DNA of 35,299 bases from an uncultured Dehalococcoidia bacterium (GTDB lineage Bacteria > Chloroflexota > Dehalococcoidia > SM23-28-2), in the NCBI GenBank assembly GCA_964354065.1, contig CAYGYF010000003.1:1-35299 (forward strand), read 5' to 3'. Each line of letters opens with the position of its first letter. The stretch's first letter is position 1. The notes beneath the pieces were generated by a model that was given only the letters and a program-made list of their open reading frames with translations, made no database searches and was not told the origin of the DNA. Made by a program: the position numbers and the translations under genes. This document shows, in pieces, positions 10,086 to 19,578 of this stretch.

Positions 10086-11026
10086 GACTGTAGAATCCCC
10101 CGCCAATAGTCCAACATGTCGGCCAGGGTCCTCTCGAAAGGTATCTGGGGCTCCCAGCCCAGGGCTCGCAGCCTGGAGTTATCCCCCACAATGAGCGGCT
10201 CGTCGGAAGGGCGCATCCGCTGCTGGTCTTGCTCCACGGGGATGGGCTTCCGAGCCACGGCGGAGAGGATGTCCAGGACCTCCCGCACTCGGTGGCCCAC
10301 GCCGGAGCAGACGTTGTAGACCTCGCCGGGATGGCCCTTCTCCGCCAGGAGCCAGAGGGCCCGCACCGCGTCTCGCACATCGACGAAGTCGCGTACCGCC
10401 GTTAGGTTGCCCACCCTGAGGCGATCGCTTTGCCCATTCTCGACCGCCACGATGCCCCTGGCGAAGTCGGAGCAGACATCACCGGTCTTCCTGGGGCCGA
10501 CGACGAAGAAGGGACGCACCCGCACCACTTTCATGCCGTAGGCCTGCCAGTACAGGCGAGCGAGCAGGTCGGCGGCTACCTTGCTGACACCGTAGGGACT
10601 GGCTGGCCGGAACTCACTGCTCTCCTTGATCGGCATCTCGTCCTCGCTGGCGAAACCGTACTCAGCGCTGGAACAGGCAACCTCCACCACTGGGTCTCCA
10701 CCCGCCTCCCGGATCGCGTCCAGGAGGCAAAGCGTGCCCGAGACGTTCACCTGGAAAGTCGCCTCGGCATCTCGCCAGGAGAGCACGGACAAGGTCTGGG
10801 CAGCCAGGTGCACGACGACATCGGGCTCCACATCGGCTACTATTGCCTTCATCCGTTGCTTATCGAGGATGTCGCAGGGTAGGACGGTCAGCCTGGGCTT
10901 GAGGTGCTCGATGTTCTTTGTGTCGCGGTGGACCGTGCCGTACACGGCCACGTCCTGAGCCAGGAGGAACTCCGCCAGGTGGGAGCCGAGGAAGCCGCCC
11001 ACGCCAGTGATGAGACATCGCTTCAT
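10061..11026 (-). CDS. NAD-dependent NDP-sugar reductase/dehydratase, Rmd (GDP-4-keto-6-deoxy-D-mannose reductase)/Gmd-like
   Basis: MKRCLITGVGGFLGSHL, HLAAQ, SSAEYG, SPYGVSK, VGNL...RDFVDVRD, RMRPSDEP. ATG 11026 overlaps the upstream stop (ATGA); the ORF-track extension to 11155 lies inside the upstream gene. Confidence 0.8.
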   Translation of the reverse strand: MKRCLITGVGGFLGSHLAEFLLAQDVAVYGTVHRDTKNIEHLKPRLTVLPCDILDKQRMKAIVADVEPDVVVHLAAQTLSVLSWRDAEATFQVNVSGTLCLLDAIREAGGDPVVEVACSSAEYGFASEDEMPIKESSEFRPASPYGVSKVAADLLARLYWQAYGMKVVRVRPFFVVGPRKTGDVCSDFARGIVAVENGQSDRLRVGNLTAVRDFVDVRDAVRALWLLAEKGHPGEVYNVCSGVGHRVREVLDILSAVARKPIPVEQDQQRMRPSDEPLIVGDNSRLRALGWEPQIPFERTLADMLDYWRGILQSHPASSSA

Positions 11027-12024
11027 ACCTGGACCACGCTGCCGTTCTGGGAGGCGGCATATGCCGCGTAGACGAGGCGCAGGGTCTCCAGCCCGTCCTG
11101 GCCGTTGCCCAGAGGCTCGCGGCCCTCCCGCACAGCGGCCGCGAACTCCTTCCACTCCTCGAGCCAGGAGCAGTCGCCACCGCGGAACTCGATAACCTCC
11201 TCGCCGAAGGGCGCCGTGAAGTCCCGCTTACCCAGGGCCACCCGCTCGGTGCCATAGCTGCCCCCCAGCCCTTCTACGGCGATGTAACCGTCCCGCCCGA
11301 AAACCTCGAAGGAGAAGAGGTTCCTCCACTGGGTCAGGCTGGAGTGAATGGACGCTACGGCGCCCCCGGCGGTGCGGTACAGGGCGAAGGCGTTGTCCTC
11401 CAGGGGCTGCGTCTTCCAGAAATAGGTGCCGACCTGGCAGATCACCTGGGCGAAGTCTCCCAGGAACCAACGGGCCAGGTCTACAGCATGGATCCCCTGC
11501 TCCATAAGCTGGCCACCACCCACCACCTCGGGGTTCGCCCGCCACTCCTGCTCGTAGCCCGGTCGGCCGCCGATGCCGTAGCGACAGCGGACGAACATCG
11601 GCTCGCCGATGACGCCGCTATCGAACCATTGCCGCGCCTGCTGGATGCCCGGATGATGGCGATGGTTGAAGCCGCATTTGAGCGAGACGCCGGTCTCCCG
11701 CGCCGCCGCTACCATGCCCTGCGCCTCTTCAAGCGTGCGGGCAAGGGGCTTCTCGCACAGGACGTGCTTGCCCTGGCGCATGGCCGCGATGCTGATAGCA
11801 GCGTGCAGATGGGGCGGAGTGCAGACGAGGACTACGTCCACGTCGTCCCGCTCGACCACCGGCTCCCACCCCACCGCCGCCTCGCAGCCCATGCTGTCGG
11901 CCAAGCGCTTGGCCGACTCCAGGTGAGCAGCGCTGATCACCACCAGCTCGGTGCCCGCGAAGTCGCGCAGCACAGGGGCCCGCCGTCGGCCCTGGAGCCC
12001 AGCACCGATGATGCCCACCCTCAT
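11023..12024 (-). CDS. Gfo/Idh/MocA family oxidoreductase
   Basis: GIIGAGLQG, VCTPPHLH, VLCEKPLA, GFNHRH, GGGQLMEQGIHAVDL. Confidence 0.92.
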   Translation of the reverse strand: MRVGIIGAGLQGRRRAPVLRDFAGTELVVISAAHLESAKRLADSMGCEAAVGWEPVVERDDVDVVLVCTPPHLHAAISIAAMRQGKHVLCEKPLARTLEEAQGMVAAARETGVSLKCGFNHRHHPGIQQARQWFDSGVIGEPMFVRCRYGIGGRPGYEQEWRANPEVVGGGQLMEQGIHAVDLARWFLGDFAQVICQVGTYFWKTQPLEDNAFALYRTAGGAVASIHSSLTQWRNLFSFEVFGRDGYIAVEGLGGSYGTERVALGKRDFTAPFGEEVIEFRGGDCSWLEEWKEFAAAVREGREPLGNGQDGLETLRLVYAAYAASQNGSVVQV

Positions 12025-13346
12025 GCCGGTCTGTCCCGACCGCCCCTGCCCACGCCGATGTAGCGGAAGCCAGCTTCGACCATGCGATCAGCGTCCAGCA
12101 TATTGAGGGCATCCAGAAGCACGGGATTGCGCATCAGAGACCGGATACGGGGGAAGTCTAGCTCTCGAAACTGAGGCCAATTGGTGACCAGGATCAGGGC
12201 ATCGCTGCCCTCGGCCACAGCGTAGGGGTCATCGCAGAAGGTGAAGCCATCGTGGAGACGTACTTCCTCCGGGTCGGCCTTGGGGTCGTAGGCTTTGACG
12301 GCGGCTCCCTCGGCGGCAATGGCCCGGATGATCTTCAGGGCAGCGGAGCGGCGCAGGGTGCTGGTGCCCGCCTTGTAGGCTAGCCCCAGAACGCCCACGC
12401 TGAGACCATCAAATGAGCCAAGTATGCGCCTGAGCCTTCCGACTACCATGCCATTCTGCCGCTCGTTGACGGCAAGCACAGCGTTGATCAGGGAAGCCTG
12501 GTAGCCATGCCGCTCGCTCAGGCGGCGGAGCACCTTCAGATCGCGGGCCAGAGTACCGCCAGCGAACCCTAGGCCCGGGTGCAGCGGCGCACCGGGCCCG
12601 ATCCTGCTATCCAGGCGGAGGGTCTCAGCCACCATCAGGGCGTCGGCTCCTGCCTCGTCGCACAGGTTGGCGATTTCGTTGGCGAAGGAGATGGAGGTAG
12701 CTAGAAAGGCGTTGATGGCGTGCTTGGTCATCTCGGCGGTGCGCAGGTCAACCCTCACCCTGGGCGCCTGAATAGGGGAGAACAGTCCTTCTAGCCGCTC
12801 ATGGGTGGCGGCGTCCTCCGCGCCCAGGACCAGGAACTCGGGGCCCAGGAACCGCTCGATGGCCTGGCCCAGGCGCAGGTTCTCCGGCACGCAGCCGATG
12901 CAGAAGGAGAGAGAGGGGTTGGCCCCCCGTACGGCCTCGACCAGCTTCTCGCAGGTACCGACGGGCACCTGGCTGCTCACAATGATGGTAGCGCCGCTGT
13001 CCAGGTGAGCGGCAAGCTCGGCGGCGACGGCGAAGATCCCCGACAGATCCACCTCATCGTTATCGTCCACCGGCGTGTCATAGGTGATGAGAGCGTAGGA
13101 GGCGCCAGCTAGACCCTCTGCCAGATCGGATGTGAACGTGAGCCTGGCAGCGGCGATGTTCTTCGCCATCATCTCCTGTAGCCCGGGCTCGAACAGCGGC
13201 GGGGTTCCCCGCCTCAAGGTCCGCACCTTATGGGGATCCTTGTCCACACCCGCCACCGTGTAGCCCAGGTCGGCTAGACAAGCCGCAGTCACCGCGCCCA
13301 GGTGCCAGATGCCGATGACGCACACCCTGCCTCTTTGTGCACCCAC
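12021..13346 (-). CDS. UDP-glucose/GDP-mannose dehydrogenase family protein, atypical (catalytic Cys absent)
   Basis: VIGIWHLG, PLFEPGL, PENLRLG, AEMTKHAINAFLATSISFANEIANLC, GLGFAGGTLARD (canonical GxGGxCxxKD), LGLAYK.GT..LRRS. Confidence 0.85.
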   Translation of the reverse strand: MGAQRGRVCVIGIWHLGAVTAACLADLGYTVAGVDKDPHKVRTLRRGTPPLFEPGLQEMMAKNIAAARLTFTSDLAEGLAGASYALITYDTPVDDNDEVDLSGIFAVAAELAAHLDSGATIIVSSQVPVGTCEKLVEAVRGANPSLSFCIGCVPENLRLGQAIERFLGPEFLVLGAEDAATHERLEGLFSPIQAPRVRVDLRTAEMTKHAINAFLATSISFANEIANLCDEAGADALMVAETLRLDSRIGPGAPLHPGLGFAGGTLARDLKVLRRLSERHGYQASLINAVLAVNERQNGMVVGRLRRILGSFDGLSVGVLGLAYKAGTSTLRRSAALKIIRAIAAEGAAVKAYDPKADPEEVRLHDGFTFCDDPYAVAEGSDALILVTNWPQFRELDFPRIRSLMRNPVLLDALNMLDADRMVEAGFRYIGVGRGGRDRPA

Positions 13347-13366
13347 AGGCCTTGCCTCCCCTCGGA

Positions 13367-14332
13367 CTAGCTCCCACTGTCCAGTAGGCGTCTGGCTCCT
13401 ATGCGCACGGCCTCTGCCGAGGTGTGTTTGGCTCGCCAGCCCAGTTCTTTGATCTTGTCCAGATCATAGATGACCACAGGCACGTCGCCGGGCCAGCCCC
13501 GGTATCCGCCCGTGTACGCGAACCGGACATCGGCAAGACCCATCTCCTCCACTACAATGTGAGCGATCTCAGTGGCAGTAACGGTGGACTCACAGCCCAG
13601 GTTGAAAACGTCGCAGTCCTTAGCTTTGCCATTGCTGAACGCGAACAGTATGCCGTCGATGCAGTCCTCCACCAAGAAGTAGTTCTTCTCCTGATTGCCA
13701 TCGCCCAGGATCTCCAGCTCCTTGGGGTTTCGCCTCAGCTTTGCGATGAAATCGTGAAGGATGCCGTGCCCCATCCTCGCCCCCACCACATTGCCGAAGC
13801 GGAATACCCAGGCCTGCATGCCAAAGAGATGGCAATAGGCGCTGATCAGGCCCTCGCACGCCAGCTTGCCCGCGCCGTACAGCGAGATCGGCAGCAAGGG
13901 GCCCACAACCTCGGGAGTAGGACGGACCGATGGCTCTCCAAACACAGTGGAACTAGAGGCAAAGAGGAGCTTGCGCACCCTGAGCTGCCTCATGACCTCC
14001 AGGACGTTGTAGGTGGCTATGATATCGTTCTCCAGGTCTATGCGTGTGTCCTGGTTACCCCTGGGGATATCCGTGTTGGCCCCGAGGTGAAAGACCAGGT
14101 CATGCCCGGCCATCGCTGCCTTCAGTGCGTCCATATCCCGCAGGTCCGCCTCGATGAAACGAAAACGCGGCTCATCCAGAAGGTGGTCTATCCACTCCCG
14201 CCGGCCCGAGGAAAGATTGTCGTACACGGTGACCGTATTGCCGGCCGCCAGCAAACGTTCCGACAGGTGACTGCCGATGAAGCCGGCGCCGCCGGTCACA
14301 AAACACGCCCCCAGGCTACTTGCTTGCACCAT
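13367..14332 (-). CDS. NAD-dependent epimerase/dehydratase (GalE-like extended SDR)
   Basis: VTGGAGFIGSHL, FASSSTVFG, SLYGAGK, FRFGNVVG, GWPGDVP. Confidence 0.9.
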   Translation of the reverse strand: MVQASSLGACFVTGGAGFIGSHLSERLLAAGNTVTVYDNLSSGRREWIDHLLDEPRFRFIEADLRDMDALKAAMAGHDLVFHLGANTDIPRGNQDTRIDLENDIIATYNVLEVMRQLRVRKLLFASSSTVFGEPSVRPTPEVVGPLLPISLYGAGKLACEGLISAYCHLFGMQAWVFRFGNVVGARMGHGILHDFIAKLRRNPKELEILGDGNQEKNYFLVEDCIDGILFAFSNGKAKDCDVFNLGCESTVTATEIAHIVVEEMGLADVRFAYTGGYRGWPGDVPVVIYDLDKIKELGWRAKHTSAEAVRIGARRLLDSGS

Positions 14333-14359
14333 GTGTTTGCCTCCCGCTGAGATTCCTGC

Positions 14360-15403
14360 TCATCGCCCGTAGCGTCTGCACAGAGCCCGACCCAGCGGCC
14401 CGGCGAAGGCCGAGGCGTAGCCCAGAGCCACGTGGCCCAGGGCGTCGACGGCCAGACAAAGCTGCCGCCAGGACAGGCGTGGCTCGCGGGCAAAGCCGAC
14501 CATCACCCGCGGGAAGAAGCCCAGAGCAATGCGCCGCAGCAGTTCGTATTCGGTCGCCAGGTCGTTGACAGCCAGCCCTCCGTCCTGCCGGTGAAGCTTC
14601 TTGAGCCAGGCCTTGGTGTAGCCCTCCCAGAACGCCCGCCGCCGCACGAACCTTGGCTTGAACCTGTATGCATAGACCCTATGGAAAACCTTCACCCGTG
14701 GGTTGTAGATGATCGGCCTTCCGGTCTCTCTGCGTATTCTCATGGAGAACAGCGTGTCCTCTCCCAGAAGCCCCAGCTTGCTGCCGTCGGCGGCGCCCAT
14801 GTTGCCTCCCAGCCTCTCGTCAAAAGAGCAGTGGTCGAAAGCCTCTCTCCTGAAGGCCATGTTCATGCCCCAGGCGTTCCTCACCGTCCGGACGCCCTCT
14901 GCGTCAAACCAAGCGGAACAACTGATGATCCAGTAGAACTCCGGGGGGAACCACTCTATGGCTTCGCCTTCCCACCTGGGAAGGGCCGGCCCCGTCAGGC
15001 CGATGACCGATTCGTCAGCAGCGAAGCTCTTGACCGTCTCCTCAGCCCAGTCGGGCAAAGCGATGGCGTCGTCATCCAGGAAGGCGATGATCTCGCCGCG
15101 GGCGTGCTCGATCGCCAGGTTCCTGGCGGGCGCCAGCCCCGTTGGCCCGTCGTTAAACAACACCCGCAGGTTGGCCAACCCCCTCTGCCGCCCATAGGCG
15201 GCGACCTCCCGGCCCAGATCCTTGGTCCCTTCACCCACGAAGAGGACATCGAGGTTGCTGTAGGTCTGGGTGTGGAGACTGTCCAGCAGTTCCTTGATAT
15301 CGGCGAGCCGGTCCAGCCTGTAAGAAGTAACGATGACCGATAGCAGTGGGCCGTCGATCGTAGACCTAAGAGCCCGCGTCTTCCTGGGTAGCCGTCTAGC
15401 CAT
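14360..15403 (-). CDS. glycosyltransferase family 2 (motifs reminiscent of haloarchaeal AglG-like GTs)
   Basis: LSVIVTSY, ARNLAI, AFLDDDA, WFPPEFYW, GMNMAFRR, GEDT.F, HRVYAYR...RRAFWEGYTK. Confidence 0.88.
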   Translation of the reverse strand: MARRLPRKTRALRSTIDGPLLSVIVTSYRLDRLADIKELLDSLHTQTYSNLDVLFVGEGTKDLGREVAAYGRQRGLANLRVLFNDGPTGLAPARNLAIEHARGEIIAFLDDDAIALPDWAEETVKSFAADESVIGLTGPALPRWEGEAIEWFPPEFYWIISCSAWFDAEGVRTVRNAWGMNMAFRREAFDHCSFDERLGGNMGAADGSKLGLLGEDTLFSMRIRRETGRPIIYNPRVKVFHRVYAYRFKPRFVRRRAFWEGYTKAWLKKLHRQDGGLAVNDLATEYELLRRIALGFFPRVMVGFAREPRLSWRQLCLAVDALGHVALGYASAFAGPLGRALCRRYGR

Positions 15404-15421
15404 GGAAGCGCTCCTTGATAA

Positions 15422-16435
15422 TCACAAACCAGAGGGGCATTCGCTGGGGCTTCCCCGTCGGGCTGCCTCATAGATAGCGTAGGCCAGGCAAATGGCCTGA
15501 AGGCCGTCCTGGCCGTTGCCGAGGGGCTCCCGCCCTTCTGCTATGGCTGCCTTGAACTCCTTCCATTCCTGCACCCACGATCGGTCCTCCCCACGGTACT
15601 CGATCACCTCCTGCCGGAAGGGGGCAATGAGGTCCCGCTTGCCCAGGCTGGCCCGCTGGGTGCCGTAGCTACCCCCCAGGCCCTCTACAGTGATGTAGCC
15701 CTCAGACCCGAAGATTTCAAACGAGAACAGGTTCTTCCACTGGGTCCAACTGACATGGAGAGATGCCGTCCTCCCGGTGGCGGTCCGCAGGATGGCGAAG
15801 ACGTTGTCCTCCAGGGGGGCCACCTTCCAGTAATAGGTGCCCAAGAAGCCAAAGACCTCAGCAAACTCGCCCAAGAACCAGCGGGCAAGATCCAGGATAT
15901 GGAGGCCCTGGTCCATGAGCTCACCGCCGCCACTTATCTCACCCCGGGCTCGCCACTCCTGTTCGTAGCCCGGCCTGCCGCCAATCCCGTGACGGCAACG
16001 GATGTACATCACCTCCCCGATACGTCCCTGGTCGTACCAGAGCCTCGCTTGACGGATGCCTGGAAAGTGGCGGTAGTTAAGCCCGCACTTCAGACGCGCC
16101 CCATTTCGCTGGGCTGCCTGGACAATACTCTTGGCTTCCTGCGGATTACGGCCCAGGGGCTTTTCGCAAAGGACGTCCTTGCCCGCCTCAAGAGCAGCGG
16201 TGCAAATGAGCGAGTGGAGATGGGGCGGCGTGCAGACCAGGACTGCCTCCACAGTTTTTTCTTCTACTACCTTTCGCCAGTCTTGCGTGGCCTCGCAACC
16301 AAATTCCGCTGCCATGCGCTGAGCCGCTGAGAAGTTTATGTCAGCCGCTATAGCCAGGTGGTCTCCTGAAGCAAAGTCCAGGGCTCTAGCCCTGCGCCAG
16401 CCTTGCAGCCCTGACCCAATAAGTCCTACCTTCAT
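15422..16435 (-). CDS. Gfo/Idh/MocA family oxidoreductase, paralog of 11023..12024
   Basis: GLIGSGLQG, VCTPPHLH, LCEKPLG, GIGGRPGYEQEWRA, GGGELMDQGLH. Confidence 0.92.
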   Translation of the reverse strand: MKVGLIGSGLQGWRRARALDFASGDHLAIAADINFSAAQRMAAEFGCEATQDWRKVVEEKTVEAVLVCTPPHLHSLICTAALEAGKDVLCEKPLGRNPQEAKSIVQAAQRNGARLKCGLNYRHFPGIRQARLWYDQGRIGEVMYIRCRHGIGGRPGYEQEWRARGEISGGGELMDQGLHILDLARWFLGEFAEVFGFLGTYYWKVAPLEDNVFAILRTATGRTASLHVSWTQWKNLFSFEIFGSEGYITVEGLGGSYGTQRASLGKRDLIAPFRQEVIEYRGEDRSWVQEWKEFKAAIAEGREPLGNGQDGLQAICLAYAIYEAARRGSPSECPSGL

Positions 16436-17279
16436 CGGTGTGTCCCTTCACCTGCGGGACGGTACGCCGCAGGGTATACAGGTCTGAGGCCATAATGCGG
16501 TCAATCTGGGATGCCATATTGCGCCAGTCATCCCAGACGACGCTGATGAGGCGGCCGGTTAACCCATCGGAAGCATCCGAAGCCAGGAAGACTGCCAATG
16601 CCGCCACTTCTTCCGGGGGGGTGCCTTGTCCTGCCTTCAGCCTTTCCGCCTCTTCCAGGGCCTCCTTTCCGGCGGCTTCCCCAGCAGCAAGCACAGCATC
16701 AATAAGCCTGGTATTCACCCCACCCGGCGCAATGGCATTGACCCATATGTTATGGGGCCGAACCTCCTGGGCGAGGGTCTCGGTGAGGCGCACGATAGCG
16801 GCCTTGGAGGCAGCATAGGCGCTGAAGTTAGGACGGGGCGAGGCGGCACCTCCCCCGGAGAGGTTGATAATCTTGCCACACCTTTGGCGCATCATCGCCG
16901 GCAGCACCGCCCGACAGCAGAGGAAGATACCCCCCAGGTTGATGGCGATCGTCTGAAGCCACTCCTCGGGGTCAAGCGCGCTCAACGGCCCGATGGGCCC
17001 ATAGACTCCAGCGCTATTCACCAGGATATCTATCTGGCCGAACTCGCCCAGGGCAGCACTGACCATCGCTTCCACTTCCGAGTTTCTGGAAACGTCAGCC
17101 CGCACTGCGAGAGCGCGCCGTCCCAGACCCCGAACCTCCTGGGCCGTCTGCTGTATCTCCTCCAGGGTTCGGGCTACCGCCACGATGTGGGCGCCTTCCT
17201 GAGCATAGGCCAGAGCTATAGCGCTGCCGCTGCCTCGCCCCGCACCGGTGATAATGGCGACCTTATCTTGAAGCTGCAT
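16386..17279 (-). CDS. classical SDR family oxidoreductase
   Basis: TGAGRGSG, LVNSAG, NLSGGG, YAASK, NAIAPG. Start placed at ATG 17279 (ORF track opens at 17294). 3' end overlaps the next gene by 50 nt. Confidence 0.9.
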   Translation of the reverse strand: MQLQDKVAIITGAGRGSGSAIALAYAQEGAHIVAVARTLEEIQQTAQEVRGLGRRALAVRADVSRNSEVEAMVSAALGEFGQIDILVNSAGVYGPIGPLSALDPEEWLQTIAINLGGIFLCCRAVLPAMMRQRCGKIINLSGGGAASPRPNFSAYAASKAAIVRLTETLAQEVRPHNIWVNAIAPGGVNTRLIDAVLAAGEAAGKEALEEAERLKAGQGTPPEEVAALAVFLASDASDGLTGRLISVVWDDWRNMASQIDRIMASDLYTLRRTVPQVKGHTDEGRTYWVRAARLAQG

Positions 17280-17303
17280 TGTGCCCGACAGCAAACCGGC
17301 AGT

Positions 17304-18071
17304 TTAAGAACGCCGGAATCTTTCCCTCACCACCGTCCTGATGGCAGTAAACCCCTGCTCCCAGTTGGGTAACCTGCTCCTCCCGCTAAGCCTTCCTCGC
17401 ATGCTCTGGGGAACCTCCATCACTTTTAGTCCAGCCTTATGTAGTCGGCATATGAGCAGAGGCTCGTAGTTCCATCCCTCGTCAGACCAAAGGTTAACCC
17501 GCTGGGTAATGCTCCTCCAGAAGGCGTTATAGCCGGAGCAGAGGTCGGTGTATTTCGTGCGGTAGAGGATATTGAATACGGTAACGATGAGCCAATTGCC
17601 GAAGATGCGGTGGAAGGGCTTGTGTCGCCAGCCCGACGCGAAGCGAGAGCCCTTAGCAAAGTCGCACCCCTGGAGGAGGGGATGAACAAAGTTGGTGACC
17701 TCTTCGGGGTCCGTCTCGCCATCCGCATCCAGGGTGACAATGATGTCGCCACTCGCCTGCTCGACACCATACCTCAGCGCTTCGCCCTTGCCTCGCCCCG
17801 GCTGGGATAGCACCCTGATGTTGGGCCGCAGTTCTTTCGCCACCTCCACCGTCCTATCTGTCGAGTGGCCATCCACCAACAGCACCTCATCGACCCAGTC
17901 GGGGATCCTCGGCAGAACGTGCGGCAGGCTCTCCTCCTCGTTGAGGGCGCAGATCAAGGCTGTGATACTCAGCCTTCTTTCCGCTTTGGCTTTCAGCAAA
18001 GCGTCCTCGGTCTGGTCTCCAGATTCTGCCCGCCTGTACCCTTGACCTTGCATTGTGACTACCTCATCCAA
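17304..18071 (-). CDS. glycosyltransferase family 2, polyprenol-phosphate glycosyltransferase (DPM synthase)-like
   Basis: CALNEE, VDGHSTD, GKGEAL, TLDADG, KGSRF, YTDLCSGY. Exact start uncertain. Confidence 0.85.
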   Translation of the reverse strand: MDEVVTMQGQGYRRAESGDQTEDALLKAKAERRLSITALICALNEEESLPHVLPRIPDWVDEVLLVDGHSTDRTVEVAKELRPNIRVLSQPGRGKGEALRYGVEQASGDIIVTLDADGETDPEEVTNFVHPLLQGCDFAKGSRFASGWRHKPFHRIFGNWLIVTVFNILYRTKYTDLCSGYNAFWRSITQRVNLWSDEGWNYEPLLICRLHKAGLKVMEVPQSMRGRLSGRSRLPNWEQGFTAIRTVVRERFRRS

Positions 18072-18084
18072 GCCAATATCCCGT

Positions 18085-19443
18085 CTACGACTGCCCAGCG
18101 AGAGTCACCAAGAGCCAGCGCATCCTTTGCGGCATTGTCCCCTCAGTGGTCGCTAGCAACCTGCTCAGTACGATGGCCAGGCCAAGCCCCTGCCCGAGGC
18201 CGTGGCCGACGCCTGCCCCTGTCAACCCCATCACCGGCAGAAGCGCAGAACTCAGCGCCACCGTCGTCACCGCCACCACCCCAGCTATAATCACCAGCTC
18301 GCCGACCCGCTTCGTGACCCTCAAAGCCCCAAGGTAGACGTTCACCACTGCCGCGGGCAGAGCGGCCAGGGCCACGATGCGGAGAAGCGTCGCGCCCTCG
18401 GCAGCGTAGTCGCGTCCAAAGGCCAGAAGCAGCTTGTCACCCACCAGGAGCAACAACGCGCCGCCGACGGCAGCTACCGCCAGCCCGCCCACCACGGCGT
18501 TGCGTGAGAGAACGCGTAGCGCCCCAGGGTCGTGAGAACCCTCCGCAAACAGGGACAGGGCCAGGTAGCCCGAGGCCGACGTGAGAAGATATCCCAAGAA
18601 CCACGCCATATAGAAGTAGGCCCCTTCTGCGGAGCCCAGCAGGCTCACCACCAGCAGCGGTAGAACCAGGCCAGGTGCCAGAAGCAGGACATCGGCAACG
18701 TAGTTCGCCATGGAAAAGGGGAAAAGCTTGAGCACAGCGGCCGGGTCGATCAGCCCCGCTGGCCGATAACCCGGCAATCCCCTTGCCAGCAGGGCAAACC
18801 CGACCACTGCCCCTAGTGCCGTCGCTATGCCCCCCGACGCCACTATGCCGAAGGCGCCGAAGAAAGCGACCATGAGCGCCGGCAGGGCGAGGCGGCTGAG
18901 CTGGACTAATACGGTTTGTACCAGGATGTATTTGGCCTGTCGTATCGCCATGAAAGCGTGCATCTGGACAACGGATAGAGTGGCGAAAACCACAAAGCAG
19001 ATGAACGCTAGGAAGTACAATGGCTGCTCGCGCAGGAAGCCGAGGCTGGGCGTCCACAAGGGCACCCCGACAAGAAATACGGCCGACAAGGCCACGGCGG
19101 CAGCAGCGCTAGTTGTGAACACGGCGTTCGCCAGCCGTGGCCCCCGCCCACCGGACTCCGGCAAGAAGCGGATAAGCCCCAAGCCTAAGCCCAGGTGGGA
19201 CAACATGGCCAGCAGGGTAAAGGTTGAGAGGGCCGCTGAGCCTAGCCCGACTTCGTCGGCGTCGTACAGGCGGGCTACCAGCGCCCAGAAGGCAAAGCCA
19301 GCGAGTGCCGCCCCTACCGCATTAGCCCAGAGGTAGAGAGCGTTGGCGTAGAGAGGCGTTCTCAGGAGGGTGACGATCCGCGAGCGAGTGACGGCTAGGC
19401 CTGTCAGCCCAGGGATAGATTTGATGACAGCCGGTTCTTCCAC
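18085..19443 (-). CDS. oligosaccharide flippase (Wzx/MOP superfamily)
   Basis: LYANALYLWAN...GFAFWALVARLY...LGLGLGLIRFLP, about 12 TM segments, first gene of a glycan operon. Start uncertain. Confidence 0.85.
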   Translation of the reverse strand: MEEPAVIKSIPGLTGLAVTRSRIVTLLRTPLYANALYLWANAVGAALAGFAFWALVARLYDADEVGLGSAALSTFTLLAMLSHLGLGLGLIRFLPESGGRGPRLANAVFTTSAAAAVALSAVFLVGVPLWTPSLGFLREQPLYFLAFICFVVFATLSVVQMHAFMAIRQAKYILVQTVLVQLSRLALPALMVAFFGAFGIVASGGIATALGAVVGFALLARGLPGYRPAGLIDPAAVLKLFPFSMANYVADVLLLAPGLVLPLLVVSLLGSAEGAYFYMAWFLGYLLTSASGYLALSLFAEGSHDPGALRVLSRNAVVGGLAVAAVGGALLLLVGDKLLLAFGRDYAAEGATLLRIVALAALPAAVVNVYLGALRVTKRVGELVIIAGVVAVTTVALSSALLPVMGLTGAGVGHGLGQGLGLAIVLSRLLATTEGTMPQRMRWLLVTLAGQS

Positions 19444-19544
19444 CTGTACGCTACCGCTCGCTAGCTACGATTGCGCCTGGCTGACCCTACGTGCCAGCTT
19501 CAGCCCGATCCCCCCCATCGCAGGAAGAGTCGAGAGCGGCGGGT

Positions 19545-19578
19545 AACAAGAAGGCCTGTCTGGCGAGCCAGACAAGCC
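19545..19578 (-). terminator. intrinsic terminator-like hairpin about 100 nt upstream of the flippase
   Basis: Minus strand GGCTTGTCTGG-CTCG-CCAGACAGGCC (11-bp stem, one G-U) followed by TTCTTGTT. Confidence 0.6.
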
